Source: Paramecium tetraurelia
Taxonomy: Eukaryota
NCBI GenBank assembly: GCA_000165425.1
Contig: CT867987.1
Coordinates: 248,001 to 312,000 of the forward strand
DNA: 64,000 bases
Direction of reading: 5' to 3'
The notes under the pieces were generated by a model. It was not told the origin of the DNA. It searched no databases and saw nothing but the letters and a program-made list of their open reading frames with translations. Made by a program: the position numbers and the translations under genes. Positions 22,579 through 38,000 of this stretch are shown here, piece by piece; position 1 is the first letter of the stretch, and every line of letters begins with the position of its first letter.

Positions 22579-25500
22579 TTCTTCTGATAGTTTATTTAGG
22601 AATTATTTCTAAGAAGGAGAATTCCAAGGACCAAATCCTCAACTTCTAAGCAACAAGGTTGTTTTTTAATAAGGAGATATTCAAGGAGATAGCAGTAAAT
22701 CAATTACTGTACCTGAATAATTTGTGATTTAGTAATCACCTGTACGAACTCCGAGGAATATGGAAAGGACTAAAACAATGGGAGGTCGTAGATCAGAATA
22801 TTAATCTGCCTACGATCAGGAGGATGTAGAATCGATAAAAGACAGCAAACCGTAATTTCTAAGGTTAATAATTGCTAAAAGTTTGTAAAACAATTTCATT
22901 AATAATTTGTGGAATCGATCTTATTTGAGGAAATTGCATCAATTGACAAAGTATTAGATAGAATAATTGGATGATTTATAATTGGAATAGGAATCATTTT
23001 CTAGTGTGGGAAATCAAAATACTAAATCTTTTATTTAATCGTTGGCCTTTTGGAAATTTATTGATGTCTTCACTCCTTATAGTAAATTTATCGTGATTTG
23101 GGATGTGTTCTAAATTTTGACTTACATAATGATATTCTTTTGGCTACCTTATAAAATATCATTTTAAATATATTTCATTAGCGATTTATTCGAGATGGAG
23201 AACACCAAAATTATAGAGATGCTTCTCCTATCAATTTTGGCATTGGATGTTGTAGTTGGCCTCAATCTGGCATTCATTTACAAGGGCTAAATTATAAAAG
23301 ACAGGAAGAAAGTAATAATAAATTATTTCAATTAATACGCATTCGTTGATTTGGTATGAATTACATATAACTTATGGTTTCCTTATTCACAGTTTCTGCT
23401 TAATTTTTCATTCCGAATCTCGATAGTCAAGACAACACGACCTTAATCATCCAGATACTGTTATGTGCAATCTTTTACATTCTCAGGAGTACTAAAATTA
23501 ATAAGATTCTCGCTTAAATCTAAGAGTAAGTACATCATTAATAATTTAGATTCTTCAATCTGAATGGTTCATTGAATGACATGGTTGGATTGATGAAACT
23601 ATTGATGGTAATAATATTTATAGCACATATATGTGGTTGTACTTGGCATGGTTTGGCATATTATTCCACCAGCTATTCTTGGCTCGATGCCTATAATTTA
23701 AGAGAAAGATCTAATGGAACTAAATACAATTACTCAATTTATTGGGCAACTATGACTATGACCACAGTCGGATATGGTGACATTACTGCCTAAAATAATA
23801 GTGAACTATTGATAAACAATATTACTATGTTTGTTGCTAGTATTGTATTTGCATATTCAGTCAACAGTATTGGAATATTTGTATCAAATATGTACAAAGG
23901 TACTATGGAATACAGTAGATCAGTTACTTTGATAAATACTTTTATGTCTAAGAATAAAATTCAATTTGATCTATAGACTAGGATTAGAAGTTATCTGGAG
24001 TATATATGGTAAGAAGAGTAAGAAATGAATGATGATGAAATAGGATCAATAATGAAGAAATTAAGTAGACATTTATAAGATGAATTACAATATTAATTAA
24101 GAGGGAACATTCTCAAAAATAGTAGAGTCATCGTGAAATTATTCTCTGAACAATGTGTAAAAAGTTTATTATAATAAATGGAGGAAATCTCATTCTCTCC
24201 TGAAGAACGAATTATAACTTGCAATTAGATTGATGATTGTTCTCTTTACATCATTACCAAAGGAGAAGTGGAATTACTGTTTTCTGGTAAAAATCAATTG
24301 GGAGATCTGATCAAAAAGAATTCCATTAAATCTCTATCTTAACAGGAGTGCTTTGGTGAAGTAGCATTCTTTACAGGGAACCCAAGAACTGCTACTGCCA
24401 TCTCCAAGGGATTCACTAAGGCATTCAAAATCAAAAGAGAAAACTTCATAGCCATTTTACAGTCTTTTCCGAATGATTATGAGAAATTTTGTGATGTAAG
24501 AGATCGATTAATTTATAATGAATACTCTACGTTATAGCTAAATTGTTATAGTTGTAATAGCAATAAACATCTAATCAACACCTGCCATATCCTACATTAT
24601 TGTGCTGATCAAGAGAAAATACTTAAGAAAGAACTCTACCCTGTTGAATAATTAAGGAACACCAAGTTTTACAGATAAAAAAACAATAAGGAACCCTAAT
24701 CTCAATCCATGCAGAAATACCATTCAGCAAGAGCTCATGATTTGATGCAGGATCTCAATTAAGAAGAAAAAGGAGGAATGGATGTTGATGAAGCTGATTC
24801 ACACACTCTGCCTATCAATGATGCTTATGAAGATGAAGAAGGTATTTAGATATATTATAAACACAGATCAATATTCATCAATTAATTAATAGAGAAGTTA
24901 ATCGAGAACATTAAGTTAGAGATAAACATAATAATAAGAAATAGATGATGATGAGAAAAATATTAAGAGTCACTCTAGAAGACAAATTTCGTAAAGATAA
25001 ACTGTTGCAACTGCTGGATTTGGAGTTGATTCTTAAAAAAAGAGAGAAAGTATTGATCTACCCTTAAATAGTTACTTGGAATGTTGAGGAATTAAGTAAT
25101 TCTAAAGATTCATCTGAAGAACAGGATTAAGTAGTCCTCCCAAAGTAACATGTAATACAGTAGAAATCAAACGAAAACCTCTAAAAACCATCACTCAAAA
25201 GATAACTTTCAAGAACGGGATCAAATGATGAACATTCAAAACCAGTTGCCAAATAATCATCATAACAAAAACATCAGTCCGATCTCGAAATCAAGTTTTC
25301 ATCTTAGAGAGAACAAGCAAGAAAAATCACTAATAGAACTAGAACTCACAATGAAGAATAACCTACAATAATTGGTGAAAATGCAACTATGAATAATATT
25401 TATTTTCCTGCTCCCACATTGTCTTTGTTGGTTTCAAATTTTGATAAAATGTCCATATTTCAATATTATTAGCCTCTGAATAATTATGATGCTGTTCTTA

Positions 25501-25760
25501 AAAGGTATGTTTATTGAATTCTTAGGATTTGAATTAGATATGCTAGAGCGTAGAAGCACTTTGGAAAAAAAAGAATGTATCCTGAAACATCTCTATACTC
25601 ATTCTTTTTTATTGCCATCAAAAAAGGTTGGAAATTAAGGAAACTTGGCAATGTAGTTCCAAAAAACATTTCTAGTTTTCTTGCCAATACTAAGGTTTTA
25701 AAAAGAGCAGTCAAAAAATTCAAGAATGAAAAAAATAACATTTTAGTTTAAATTAAATGA
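22571..25760 (+). CDS. Cyclic-nucleotide-binding-domain K+ channel (KCNH/CNG-like), paralog 2
   Basis: YWATMTMTTVGYGDI pore, CNBD FGEVAFFTGNPRTATA; collinear with paralog 1 from MCDSSD.GEFQGP to IKKGWKLRKLG; TGA 25758-25760. Some C-terminal intron boundaries are uncertain. Confidence 0.93.
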
Positions 25761-25774
25761 AATCAACATATTTT

Positions 25775-28700
25775 TCATTTTTCCTAAACTATATTCTTGA
25801 TTTAATGTAAAATGTTTTTTAACTACATTTATTCATTTGGAATTGTTCTTAAAAAGAGTATTATAATTTTAAAATCTAACCGATGATAAATCTATGTTAG
25901 ATATCCATAAAGTAAATACATTAAGCCAAGACTAAAAATATTGAATTATTTTATTACCTAATCCCCACTCCAATCTCGTATAATTCAATCATCAAAACAT
26001 AACTACTAAATTAATCTTATCCAACCTAATATACATTATCTATTTCCTTATCTAATACGTTTACACTCTCTGAAAAATACACTAAAAACGTATTAATAAA
26101 AGACTAGCTATTTATATAATCTGTTAATTCTTTGGATTCTTTCAAAAATTATTTAGTTGTTAATTCTTAATTGAATTCAGTATTCTTTACTTTTTGAATG
26201 TTATTTGTTAAACTAATAATTCCTCTCTCGATTAATGAATACATTTCATTATATTGATAGTAACTATTCTGACAATATTCTATCATATCCTTATAATAAA
26301 GACATTAATCATTAATTAAAGTATCAAGCAAACTTCTTTCTTACAATGTCTCTAAATGATCAATAATTTCATTTGTTACGTCTATCTAGTTATTGATGGA
26401 TTCATTGAAGTTCTCGATTATAGAATTATCTAAGGATCTCGATATCTATAAAATGTAATAAGTTTTTATCAGGCTTCCATAAATCAGACTATGATCTATC
26501 ATAATGTTTAGTTTTAGAAATTATTTCTATATTGTTAGATACTCTTACTAATAATATATTTGTTAAAAGAGTAACCCCATAGCAGCAAATAAGCACAAGA
26601 GTACTATTGCAATAATATTCGGATAAATGTATTAATGTCCAATATTCCCTTCTAAATCATGATTTTGCTTTTTTTATGATTTCTCATGTTAAACATCTTC
26701 TGAAATAATTTGTACATAAGAGGTTAATTTCCAATTTTTGGAATTATTACAATCAAAAGTCTCTTTGATTGTTGAAAGTCTAGCGATTTAATTTTGTATT
26801 TTATTAATATTAGTTTGATGGGTTAATTTCAGCAATTTGATAATCACCTTTTACTTGGCGTATAAAAATTTGATTTAATAAACAATTAAAAGAACATAGA
26901 GAATAATAAAAATAGATGCTGAAATATAATCCAATTTTTAGTCATCATACTTATCTAGATCTTGCATTACAATATCATAAATGTAATTAAAAATTAATTA
27001 TGTTTCATTAGTAAATTAAAAGGTGGAGTTTAAAATACTGGTTTATTCTACATTTTAGTGACTTTTTCTCATATCATTATCAAATTATTATATCAACATG
27101 TTAAATTGATCAGCAGTTACTTATTGAGTTGATTCATAATTATTTATCAATAAATACTATTGATTATAAATATTATAATCATAGACGTATTAACTTTACT
27201 TTTATTACAACTAGAATATTACTTAATTCTTATTGATAATTGATTATTACCCTAGAAGTTTTGTAATGAACAAACTCAATTTGATGGCACAAATTCTATG
27301 ATATTTTATCTCATCTAAAGTTTAGATTATGAAGCTATCATTCTCTGATACATGAGTATAAGCCCTCAAGGAGTCCATAACAACATTTATCAATAGTAGT
27401 ATTATAACACAGAGAGAAAAATATGTAAATTTTTTGAGTGAGTTTATAGTAAAGTTATTGCTGCTTATCTTTTCAAGATATTAGAATGTGTCTTTAAGAG
27501 CAGATAGCTGCCTAGTAAAAGTTTAATTGCTTTATTATTCATTAATAATTTTAGTTTTCTATTTTAAATAGTAATCTTTTTGGTTTTTGTCTCTCTGCAT
27601 ATCAAAATTATCTTCATCGTAATCTTAATCTTAGTCTTAATTATTAATCATCTTTCTCTCAAAGACAATTTCATCAAATTCCTTTTCTACTTCTTACATT
27701 ATATCGTCATCATCATGCTGAATATTAATACTTTGGAGTTCAATCCTTGTGGTTAGAAGATGTTTCTTAGGTTACCTGTCAGTTTGAATCTTCAATAGTC
27801 TTGAGGAATTTTCAAAATCATATGATTACATTTTCTACTTGGTTACATTAATTGAAGATATTTGGTTTTCATTTAAAACGATAGTTTATTTATCAATTTC
27901 TAATTTATTGAGATACAATAAATGATTTTTTAGATTAATTTATTTTATCTGATTATCTAAATCATCATCTATAATTGGTTTTTCCGAATAGATCTCTTCA
28001 ACTTCACTCATAGGAAATGTATAATTGGATACATTTTTATGACTAGATTCTGTTTTTTTTGTTAAATATGTTGTAAAATATTGAGATGTTGTTTTCTAAG
28101 TGAATTCTTATCGATAATCTTTTAATTCCATTACAAAATATCCCAATGATCTTTTTCCAAATGAAATCTTTTTAAAAGTCAAAGAATAAATCATTACTAA
28201 CCTAATTCTATTTGTCTTCTATTTGTCACTAAATTAGTCTAGCATCTATCTAATAGAATTGTGAAAACTTTAATTTAATATTGACCACTCAACTCCATCA
28301 ACTATCAATTCTTTATTTTATGATCCTGATTCATCAAAATCAGAAATTTGAGCTGACTTTTCTGTTTACTTTGATGTTTATAAATAAGTCTTTTAAGACA
28401 TAAAATTTGAAAAAGATAACATTTGATTGATTGATGAATTGTATTACTACTTGAGGATTGAATTTGTATTGAAAAGACAATTTAAATGATTATCTGGATA
28501 TTGCCATTGGGATTAAGCCTCTGAAATTACATAATTTTAATGTTTCTCAATTGACTATTTTAAAAGTTAAATTTATTCTTATATATTTTCAATGTAATAT
28601 TATACTAGAGAACCTTTATCAACTAAATCATTGATTGATAGCTTTTTAGAATAAGTATCAAACTGCATAGATTACTAAGAAAATTCGAAAAAGTCTTAAG

Positions 28701-30699
28701 TCATCCCATAAAGCCTTCCATTCATACCAAAGACAACACATTGATTGTAATTTAAATCTTTTGTAATTATTGCATTAATAAGGTAATCATTCTATCCTTA
28801 TTATGGTATTATATGGATATTACACGGAATAATATATCCCTTTAAATCTTAATAGAATGTTGATTGTCCTTATTAACATAAACGAGATTGTCCTTTTTGT
28901 ATAAAGTTTTCAACTAACTAATCATGTACATGAGATATAAATTAAGGCATAACTTCATAACTTGTTTTAATAAAATTAACTTCCTCAATCTATGCGTCAA
29001 AAAATAAACTTATTTATTAGTAATTTGGTTAAAGCAATTTATTAATATTGTATATAAGACTTGTTGTTAAAAGCATGGATCTATCTAATGTTAGCACAAT
29101 ATTTACTCGTTGCTAATTAATTATTATCGATTGTATTAGATTATCTGAATTTGTCACTTCGAAACAAGTCATTAATTTTATCTTCCATTTATTATGCCTA
29201 AGATTTTAAAATGGTATATACTTTAATGAGGTCAACATTCGCAATACAATAGTAAATTTACAATAATCTCAAAGTAATAACATCACTGAATTCATTGCCT
29301 TTTAATTTGCAATTTTTTACATCATAGACTTTTTCTATAGTTTTATTAATTTGATCTATTTTTTTGCCTACTTACTAAACTTATTTATAAAATTATTTAA
29401 TTCCAAACTGATTCATAATAGTTTAATTCCAAAATTTAATCATAAATGTAATTAAAGACAGCAATCTACTTTTAATATTTTCGCATTCTATTTATGATTA
29501 GTACGATGTATAAATGTAATTTGATATATCAAATTTAGACTCATTTGTCTTCTGAAATGTTAAAATTGCTGACTAAAAATAGAAATCCTCATTTTATTCC
29601 TTCAATAGTTCTACCAAAGCTCTTAAGGGCCATTTTTTAGATATAAAATTTGCATAAATAATCTTATCTCTTTCGTTCTTACAAGTCCTTTTTAATATAC
29701 ATTCAATAATATCATAAAAAGCCTTACATTTTGAACATTTGTGATTATTTTTGAAAACTAACAATTGAATTCTGGCCTATTTATCAACTAAGCATTTCTT
29801 ATAAACTCTTTCTGCTAGTTAACAGCTAAGTATGGTATCTGAATTAAACAGAATTTATTATAATTTACTAAATTAAATCTATGATTGTAATGATAATATT
29901 AGTATACTAATCAATAAATAATCCATCATTCTGTAATCAGCATATAAGGATAGATTAAATATCAAGAATAATATTCCAAGTTGAACCTTACTTGCAGATA
30001 TTGATGTTAACTTGAATAGATTTAACAAGATTATGCAAACTAGAATAAATTATTCTAGAATGAATGAAATTGTATCATCTAAAAATGATATGTAAACTGT
30101 TATAAATTCAGTTAGTTTGATTAAGATTCGAGTAACAATAATAGTATTAGTAATATTTTCATTTTATGCTAAGGAATCTCCTCTTTGAAAAAACACAACA
30201 AAAAAAGTAATAACAAGTGTAAAAATGATGTTGATCAATGCAATAAAGAAATACAAGATACTTTAAGTAAAACATTATTTAATATTTAACCATAGATTTG
30301 GAATGAAAAATACATTAGGGTACACATTCAAAGTCACATTAATAGTAATCATTAATAATATCCAATTTTTTGAATTATGATTAATATTTAGCAGTACTAC
30401 AGTAAGTATGCTTATTGCTAAAGACAAATTATAGATGAGTAAAAGAATTTAAATATGAGGAAAGTACTTTTCTGGAATAAGATTTAAAATAAATGTACTT
30501 TTCAAAAGGGAATAAATGGTTCTAAAATTATAAGAGATGCATACACAATTTCTGAGTTGGGTTGAAAATGTTTTCCTAAAGTCAAAAGCTAAGCAAAATA
30601 TAAGAAATTTGTGAATAGCAAAATAGATTCACTTATGTTGGCTTAATCGAAGTGCAATATGTAATGAAAGTTTTTAGCTTTTTAAATTATTTTTTTCAT
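25775..30699 (-). CDS. Large multipass membrane protein with a PAS-like domain (TmcB/TmcC-like ciliate family)
   Basis: N-terminal TM bundle; PAS-like VMPQFISHVHDQLVENFIQKG..DLKGYIIPC (~28820-28970); C-terminal TM and FLRTIPNE tail. Confidence 0.8.
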
Positions 30700-30980
30700 T
30701 TAATTATTTACAATATATTAATAACAACATATTATTAAAAATTACGTAATTTTTTATCCTCTATCTTGTTAAAAAGAACTAATTTTGTTTTTTATTTAAA
30801 AGGCAAATAATATATATTGAACATGATTTGAACGATAATTTACTACAAATTATATGAAATTCCATCTTGACAATAATCAAAATATTTGTGGAATATATAT
30901 TAATAATGATAATAAATATTGTATTGAGTATATATGTTTATTTAATATTTATTCGCTTATTTTGGGAGAGAAAAAACAAA

Positions 30981-33900
30981 ATGTTTTTGGCTTTTATGAT
31001 TTAGATTGTATTTGGTTGCCAAGTCTATGAAAAAGAGAGAAACCTCTTTCCTACAGAAGAAGAATATTATAATGTCTATATGAATGAACTTTTTAATGGA
31101 GATAACATGATTTTCTAATGCAAAAATTGTCCTGAAAATGTCACATTGTGGAATACGATGAATTTAATCGGAAAACCATTTAATACAGGTAAAAATTATC
31201 ATAACTATAGGATATATATTTAGATCAATAGCAAATAATAACTCTCATTTTGTTGCACTTTCTGATAACAATACAATAAATATTTACAATTGGTAAAATT
31301 AATCACTTAAAACTGGGTAAATACTGAATATAGGTTCAGACTTAAACTGTTTGAATGTTGTCTTTACATTAGATGATTAGTTTCTTTTAGATTGTTATAT
31401 TGGTGATATGATTTAGATATATTACTTAGAAGGCTTGAATTTATCACTAGTTTTTTAGGATTATGCAGCTTATCCGCTAAGAACTAATCTCTATTCCTTT
31501 AGGTCCAATTAAATTAATTATACTATCTATGCATAATATTATAAGTAGTATTAAATCTTAACACTTTTAAAATATGATGATTCGTTTCAAAATCAATAAT
31601 TTATTAATGTCTCAACTTGGGCTTCCATATTTCAAGATGTTGAAATTTCAATCAAAGGAATCGAAGTTAATACATTTTATGTATTAAATAATCAAGAGAT
31701 CATTTTGTTAAAAATCACAGAGGATGAGAAATTTTCTTCAGATTACTTTTTTCTTATTAATCCTCCATCCCAATAAATGACCATTTATTAATCTGTAAAC
31801 AAGTATTCAGAGTGTGATTAATTATTTTTAAAGAGCAATTCATTGATTTATTCCCTCCTAGTTTGTGAAGATCAACCTGATTAGGAATTATATTAATAAG
31901 ATGAGATGTTTTATTAGATAGACGAAAATATAGAAATTTAATAATTTTATGCAAATGACCTGTTTTTAATTTTATAAACTAATAATTCGCTTATGATTAT
32001 ATCATTAGAAACAAAGACATTATTGAGATAAAGTCAAGCGGAATCTATGTAAAATTTTACAAATAGTTAAATATATTTCAACCAATAACGTAATGAATTA
32101 ATGATTTTTAACTATTATACTTATGTTTATCAATTAGAAATACCTAGACTGAGTGGATACTTCTAGGTTACAGATACAAAAAAATAAATGGATGAAATTT
32201 ATATATTTGCCATTGATAACTTTGGAATTGATATTTGCTTTGTGAAATTAAAAGTAAAAACATTAAATTTGAATGATTATGATGTCTATGAATTATATGA
32301 AAATTAAGTCGAAAACTTTTACACATTTGAATAGAAAAGATTTGTGCAATAAATCAAAAATATTAATGGACCTTTGTTAGAGATCTAATATAATTAAAAC
32401 AATTACAATTTAGGAGCATTTAACAATATTACCTTCTACAAACTTTATGATTTTAATAAAGAATTTGAGATGATGAAAATGATATACATAGAAACTACAT
32501 ATATTGTGGGAATATAGAACAAATCTATGACAATTTTTGTATTTGAATTACCTGAACTATTAGACTAAAGTTCTGTAATATAGTTAGATACTTAAGATCA
32601 TTAAATATTGAGAGATTTACAATTAGCATATTCATTTTAAGAATCTTAAGTTACCATAATTATTGGAATTAATTTTGACTAAACTACACTGTTATTTTAC
32701 TTTGTTACAGAATAATAAGCAGATTTCACAATTTTGTCAAATATAACTGTTTCAACCATGCATTTCAATCAATTTTTATTAACTTTTAATTGTTATATTT
32801 TGATGTTTGATAATAAAATCATATTATATTCTTTTGATAATGTTAAATAGATTAAAGTTGATTAAGAGACAATATAGTAATATCTAGGGGAATATGTGGA
32901 TTTTAATCCTACCGAAATGACTTTGGATCAATAACTACAATCTTCAGTTGTATTTGTAAGTAACTAATACAATTTCATAATATTTGTAATTGATTTTGCT
33001 CTTAGAATGATACCGTATGGTATTTATTATGTTGATTACATAATCCAATAGATCAACATAGTTAATTAGAAATTGATATTATCTTATAAATGTGATCAAG
33101 GATTATGCTTTGATGTTTGGAATACCTAGAACTTATTAAAACCATTCTATGAGAAAAAATTGATGAGTATATCCTAATAAAATGGCGTTACTTGCTATTC
33201 TGACAATCTGTTCTACTATGTGAAAATTGATAAAAAACAAACTTTAATTTATAATCCAATGTTGTCATATCATTAATCCTTATTTACATCAATTCAACTT
33301 AATGGATCATATTTTTCCAGCATAGTAGTAGAGGGTTTATCAGCTTTAGCCTTTGGTAATAATCTCTACTCACTTTTTCCCTTCTTTACATTTGAATTCA
33401 TTCGAAATAACTCATACTAAACCTTTGAATATCTCCCTAGCACAATTTATAACTTCACTATAAGATCTTAATTAAATGGGGGTGATAAATCGTACACCAC
33501 CAATAATTAAAGTCTTTCCATTCTTAATCCTTAATTGAACATGTTTATTGAAAATATTACAATAGTTATTGAGGATGAATCTGATTTGAAGTATACCTAT
33601 ACTTTTGATAACGTATCAACGATTGGATAAATCCTCTATTTTGAATTGGAACCAGAAGATGATAGGCATCAAATATCTATAAAGAACTTTCAAAATGCTA
33701 TACAATTATCTAGTTAACTTAACAATGATGACTAATTTACTATTCTAACTGTAGTCAATAACTTATTTGTACTCCAAAATTATAACAAACTCATGATTCA
33801 AAACACTAATGTTGTATTCAATTTGAATGACACACAAATCTGCTATTAATCGTATGCTTATAATTCTACTCTCTATTCATATTGTTAAAATAATTCTAGT

Positions 33901-35010
33901 TATTACATAATAAGTTTCTAAATCAATAATATTTCTATTGTTCAAAATGAATAAATTATTATATTACCTAATAATGAACTTTATGTATCAGAAACTTCTT
34001 TATCTGTTATTTCTGATGGGCTCTTTTACTTAACTCCTGACTCATACTTATATTATTATAATTTGTAATCAAAACAGAATGTCATTATAACCTAATGCAA
34101 TACAAATACTTTTCAACCCATAGTAATTAAATAGGCTTCGAATTACTTACTGATCGCTGTTTTTTATGTTTGTTAAGATAATGATAAATATTTAAGCTAT
34201 ATTATTGGCAATTATAGTAAGATTAACTATACAATACAATTTTAGAATAATTTCAGAACTATTGATATTATAGAAACCTATTTCAGCAATATCGGTGATT
34301 TTTATATTCAACATCTTTAAGTTATCAAATAAGAACTCAAAGAAATAATTATGTTAATTACCACTAATCAATAATTAATTTTTCTTATCTTATTCAATGT
34401 TAATTATGGTATCCATGATAACACAGACATTGAAATCAAGTTTTAAGATATTATTTCTACTATAGCTCCTTATAATACTATAGATTTTGAAATATAATAG
34501 CATCCTAGAATGGCAGGATCCAATTTGCTAATTTTTTTATCTAATAAAAAGATAACAACTGAATTTTTGCTCTTGGTTTATGATTTAGCAGATTTATCAT
34601 AATTTAATAGATCATCTCCAATTAGATTATAGGGAGGGTATATTATTCCGCAAATGCAATATAATTTCATATTGGGTTTCTAGATATTTTCTGAAAATCG
34701 AAATAAGGGATAGATCCTGATTTTGACAGAATAAAATATTTATAATTTTAATTTCAGTACATTTACTTTTTGTTTGGATATGCCATTATACTCGAAGGAA
34801 AAATATATTACATTTAGACTGACTGGAGCTAACACGTACTTCAGTACAACTTCCTTAATCCAATTCTAGTATGAAACATAAGAAGGATGGTTGTATGGAT
34901 TATATACTATCATTGCTGCAATTATGATAATCTCTTTAATATATTGTTGGCAAAGAAGAAAAGCGCCGAATGATTATGAGATAAACAATGATGAATGGAT
35001 AGAATTTTGA
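30981..35010 (+). CDS. Large type-I membrane protein (~1335 aa) with signal peptide, Asn/Ile/Tyr-rich ectodomain and one C-terminal TM
   Basis: MFLAFMIQIVFGC signal; one 22-nt intron; GWLYGLYTIIAAIMIISLIYCWQRRK; TGA 35008-35010. Confidence 0.8.
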
Positions 35011-35060
35011 ATAGTTTATATATACATTTATTAATACTTATATATTTTATTATTATTAAG

Positions 35061-38000
35061 ATGTTATAATCTATTGAGAAATTATTCAAATTAATTTGCT
35101 AAATTATTCACCCTCCAACTTCTTAGAAATAATCAAATGCATTGCATTATTTGTTTACAATACTTAATAAAATTTAAGAATTGTACTTGATTGAAGATAT
35201 AATGTAAAAAACAGGAATGTTTACAAAGTACCATTTTTTATATTTAGTTCTTTAACTTAATTTATCGATTACTTTTTCGTAATTAACAGTCTAAGCTCGA
35301 CTTAGTTAGGATTTGTTATGATTCTCTTTTTTGTTTTGCATTTGATGTTGCCACTTTTAATCATCAAATTTGCAATTCATCGTGATTTAGTAACACAAAT
35401 GATAACTCATAAGTTTTTAATCAATTATCCGTTGATACTCACAATACCTATTGCATATACTAGTTTCGCCGTCTTTTTTAATGAATCAATTTATACTATA
35501 TCAGAGGAAAATTCAAATAGAGACTTAAGTTTCTTCTTCTCTATTATGAATTTACTTTTTTTGATTTTTTTAACTGGAATTCATATTTATTTTGCTCGTT
35601 GTGAAACCATTATGGATGACAATAATATTTTAAAATTAGATTAATCAATTCCAAAGAAAATTTTGGAAAATTTACTTTTACTTTCAATAATTGCTTTAAA
35701 ATAATCAAATCAATTACAATCCTTAAGAGTTATATTATTACTTATTAAATATTTATTGTATATCATATCTTCTCTAAAATGGATTAATGAAAAACACTTT
35801 GTAATAATTGAATGTATCTCCTCAGCTATAACTGTTGGAATTGTACTCAAATTATCATTTTTTGATATTCTATTGATAAGTTTGCTACTTGTATCAATCA
35901 TGTTATCAGTTTAAGATTATGTTTTATCATTTTATATCACTACAAAAGAATAAGATAATTTTGTTACAATATAAGTATAATATAATAATAATTATTTTTA
36001 GATAATAGAAGAATGTCTAAAAATGGGTACAAATTCAAAACATGCTATCATCCTCAAAACTATAGCAAATAATCATTTATGTCCAAGAAAGACAAAAAGA
36101 GCTGAATCAATAACAGATTGCTTATTAAGAAAAATGGCAAATACTAAGGAATAATCAAACAAGAATAGAAATATTTTAATTTATTGTTAATATATAGCCG
36201 ATAACGCTCCATTAAAGGGATTGATCAAATTAATCACTGTTAAAACAGAAGATTTTTATCACCGATCTTCGTATTCCAATCTGTGCACATTATTGAATGA
36301 TAGAGTTAAATAATTCTAATAAGAAGCTTAACAACTTAATGGAAAGAAAAGTTCGAATGAACATACCAATAATCTGGATGCAGAGTCTGCATATACTACT
36401 ACCAATTCAAATGATCTACTTTTTCCAATTCTAAGTAAGGCTTTGACTGCCAAAATCTAATTTTGGAATAAACTAATAAATGGATATCAAGATATAGATA
36501 ACCTATTAGGTGAGACACTTTAGACTACTGAAAAGATGTTGAAATGCAAATTGTCATTTGAATAAAGATTTGACTTTGAAAATATGAAATTAAAAAATGG
36601 GAAAACAACAGATGTTCTTACTATGAGAATTTTATAAATATTTTATTCTGGAGTTTATACTAATTCCTATTTTGCTTATATGCTAGAGAAATAGATTGAA
36701 GATTTATTAAAGAGTGAACGATTTAAAGAGGAAGAATCATTAGACAATGTTCAATTAGTGGAAAGTATTTATTTTGCATACTTTAATTCTAGATAGAATA
36801 ATAATATTGAAAACTAGTTTAGTTAGAAAAAGAGGAGAACTTATAGATGTTAATAATAAGTAATTAAGTTAGTTCTTAAATGAGAAAGACGAGGCAATAA
36901 AGCATATAAAGCATTGCACATAGTTGATGCCTAAATTTTTAACTTAAATCCATGACAATTTGATGGATAATTACACTTCTAACGGTTATTCCAAACTCAT
37001 GATTCATGGAGAATCTAGTTTTTATGAGTTATTGACAGGCTATTTGGAACCATGCAATATAAACTTATATAACTTTTATGATAATGAATAAGACTTCATA
37101 CTCAACATGATTATGACCAAAGTTTAATCAAAAAATGAAACAATTCTGTTTGGAATAGATGGTAGAATTTTAGGATTTACTAAATAATTTTATGAGGAGG
37201 CGTTTAAAGATTAAACTTTAAGTTCTCGTTAAACACTTTTAGTACAAGAATTATTGATTAGAATGCCATTAATAGCATATTACTTTCCATCAATTATTAG
37301 TTAGACACAGGAACTTTAAGCATAAATAAACTCATCATCAAATTATTTGCTTAATAATTTAAAATCATAATGGATCATTCCTGATAATCATATGGAATGT
37401 TTACAAACATCAACTTTGATATTGTCTTAATTTAAAAAGAAACAAGAAAACTCCAATTATAGATCCTTAAAATCTTAAACGTAATCAAGATATTCTCAAT
37501 ATTCTTAAAATACACAAATTGAAAATTACGATGACAAAGATTTCTCGAAGGATTTAAAAAATTTACTTATGATTAATGAAAATCCTATCATATTATTGCA
37601 TCCTGAATACAATGAATTAATCACACGTTAAATAAGTTATAATAATAATTAGAATTCTTCACTTGAAGTTCACTATAGTCTCTAATACAAAACTCTTAAA
37701 ATGAAAAAAGGGGAATTTGGCTATTTCCAAATATCTATTAAAGAGTATAAAAAGTGGACTTAATCATTATCACAAACAGGAGCACAAACAAATTAAACAA
37801 CTATAGAAATTCAATAATCAATTAATGTTGTAAGTGACAATGGAATAAAAAGCAGATCTTAACAAATGAGTAATGTAAATTCGGAAATTTCAGAAAAATT
37901 TGATGAAGGGTTAAAAGATATTAAATAGATTTAATATTTTAATAGTTTATAACACTTTAAAGACAACAACAACAGCGCAAATTAATCTAAATTATAATCA

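Noticed and set aside
20293..23376. The two 23-nt channel inserts as IESs
   Set aside because: They lack flanking TA direct repeats at both ends and are shorter than the ~26-bp IES minimum; they have GTA donors and intron-like size.
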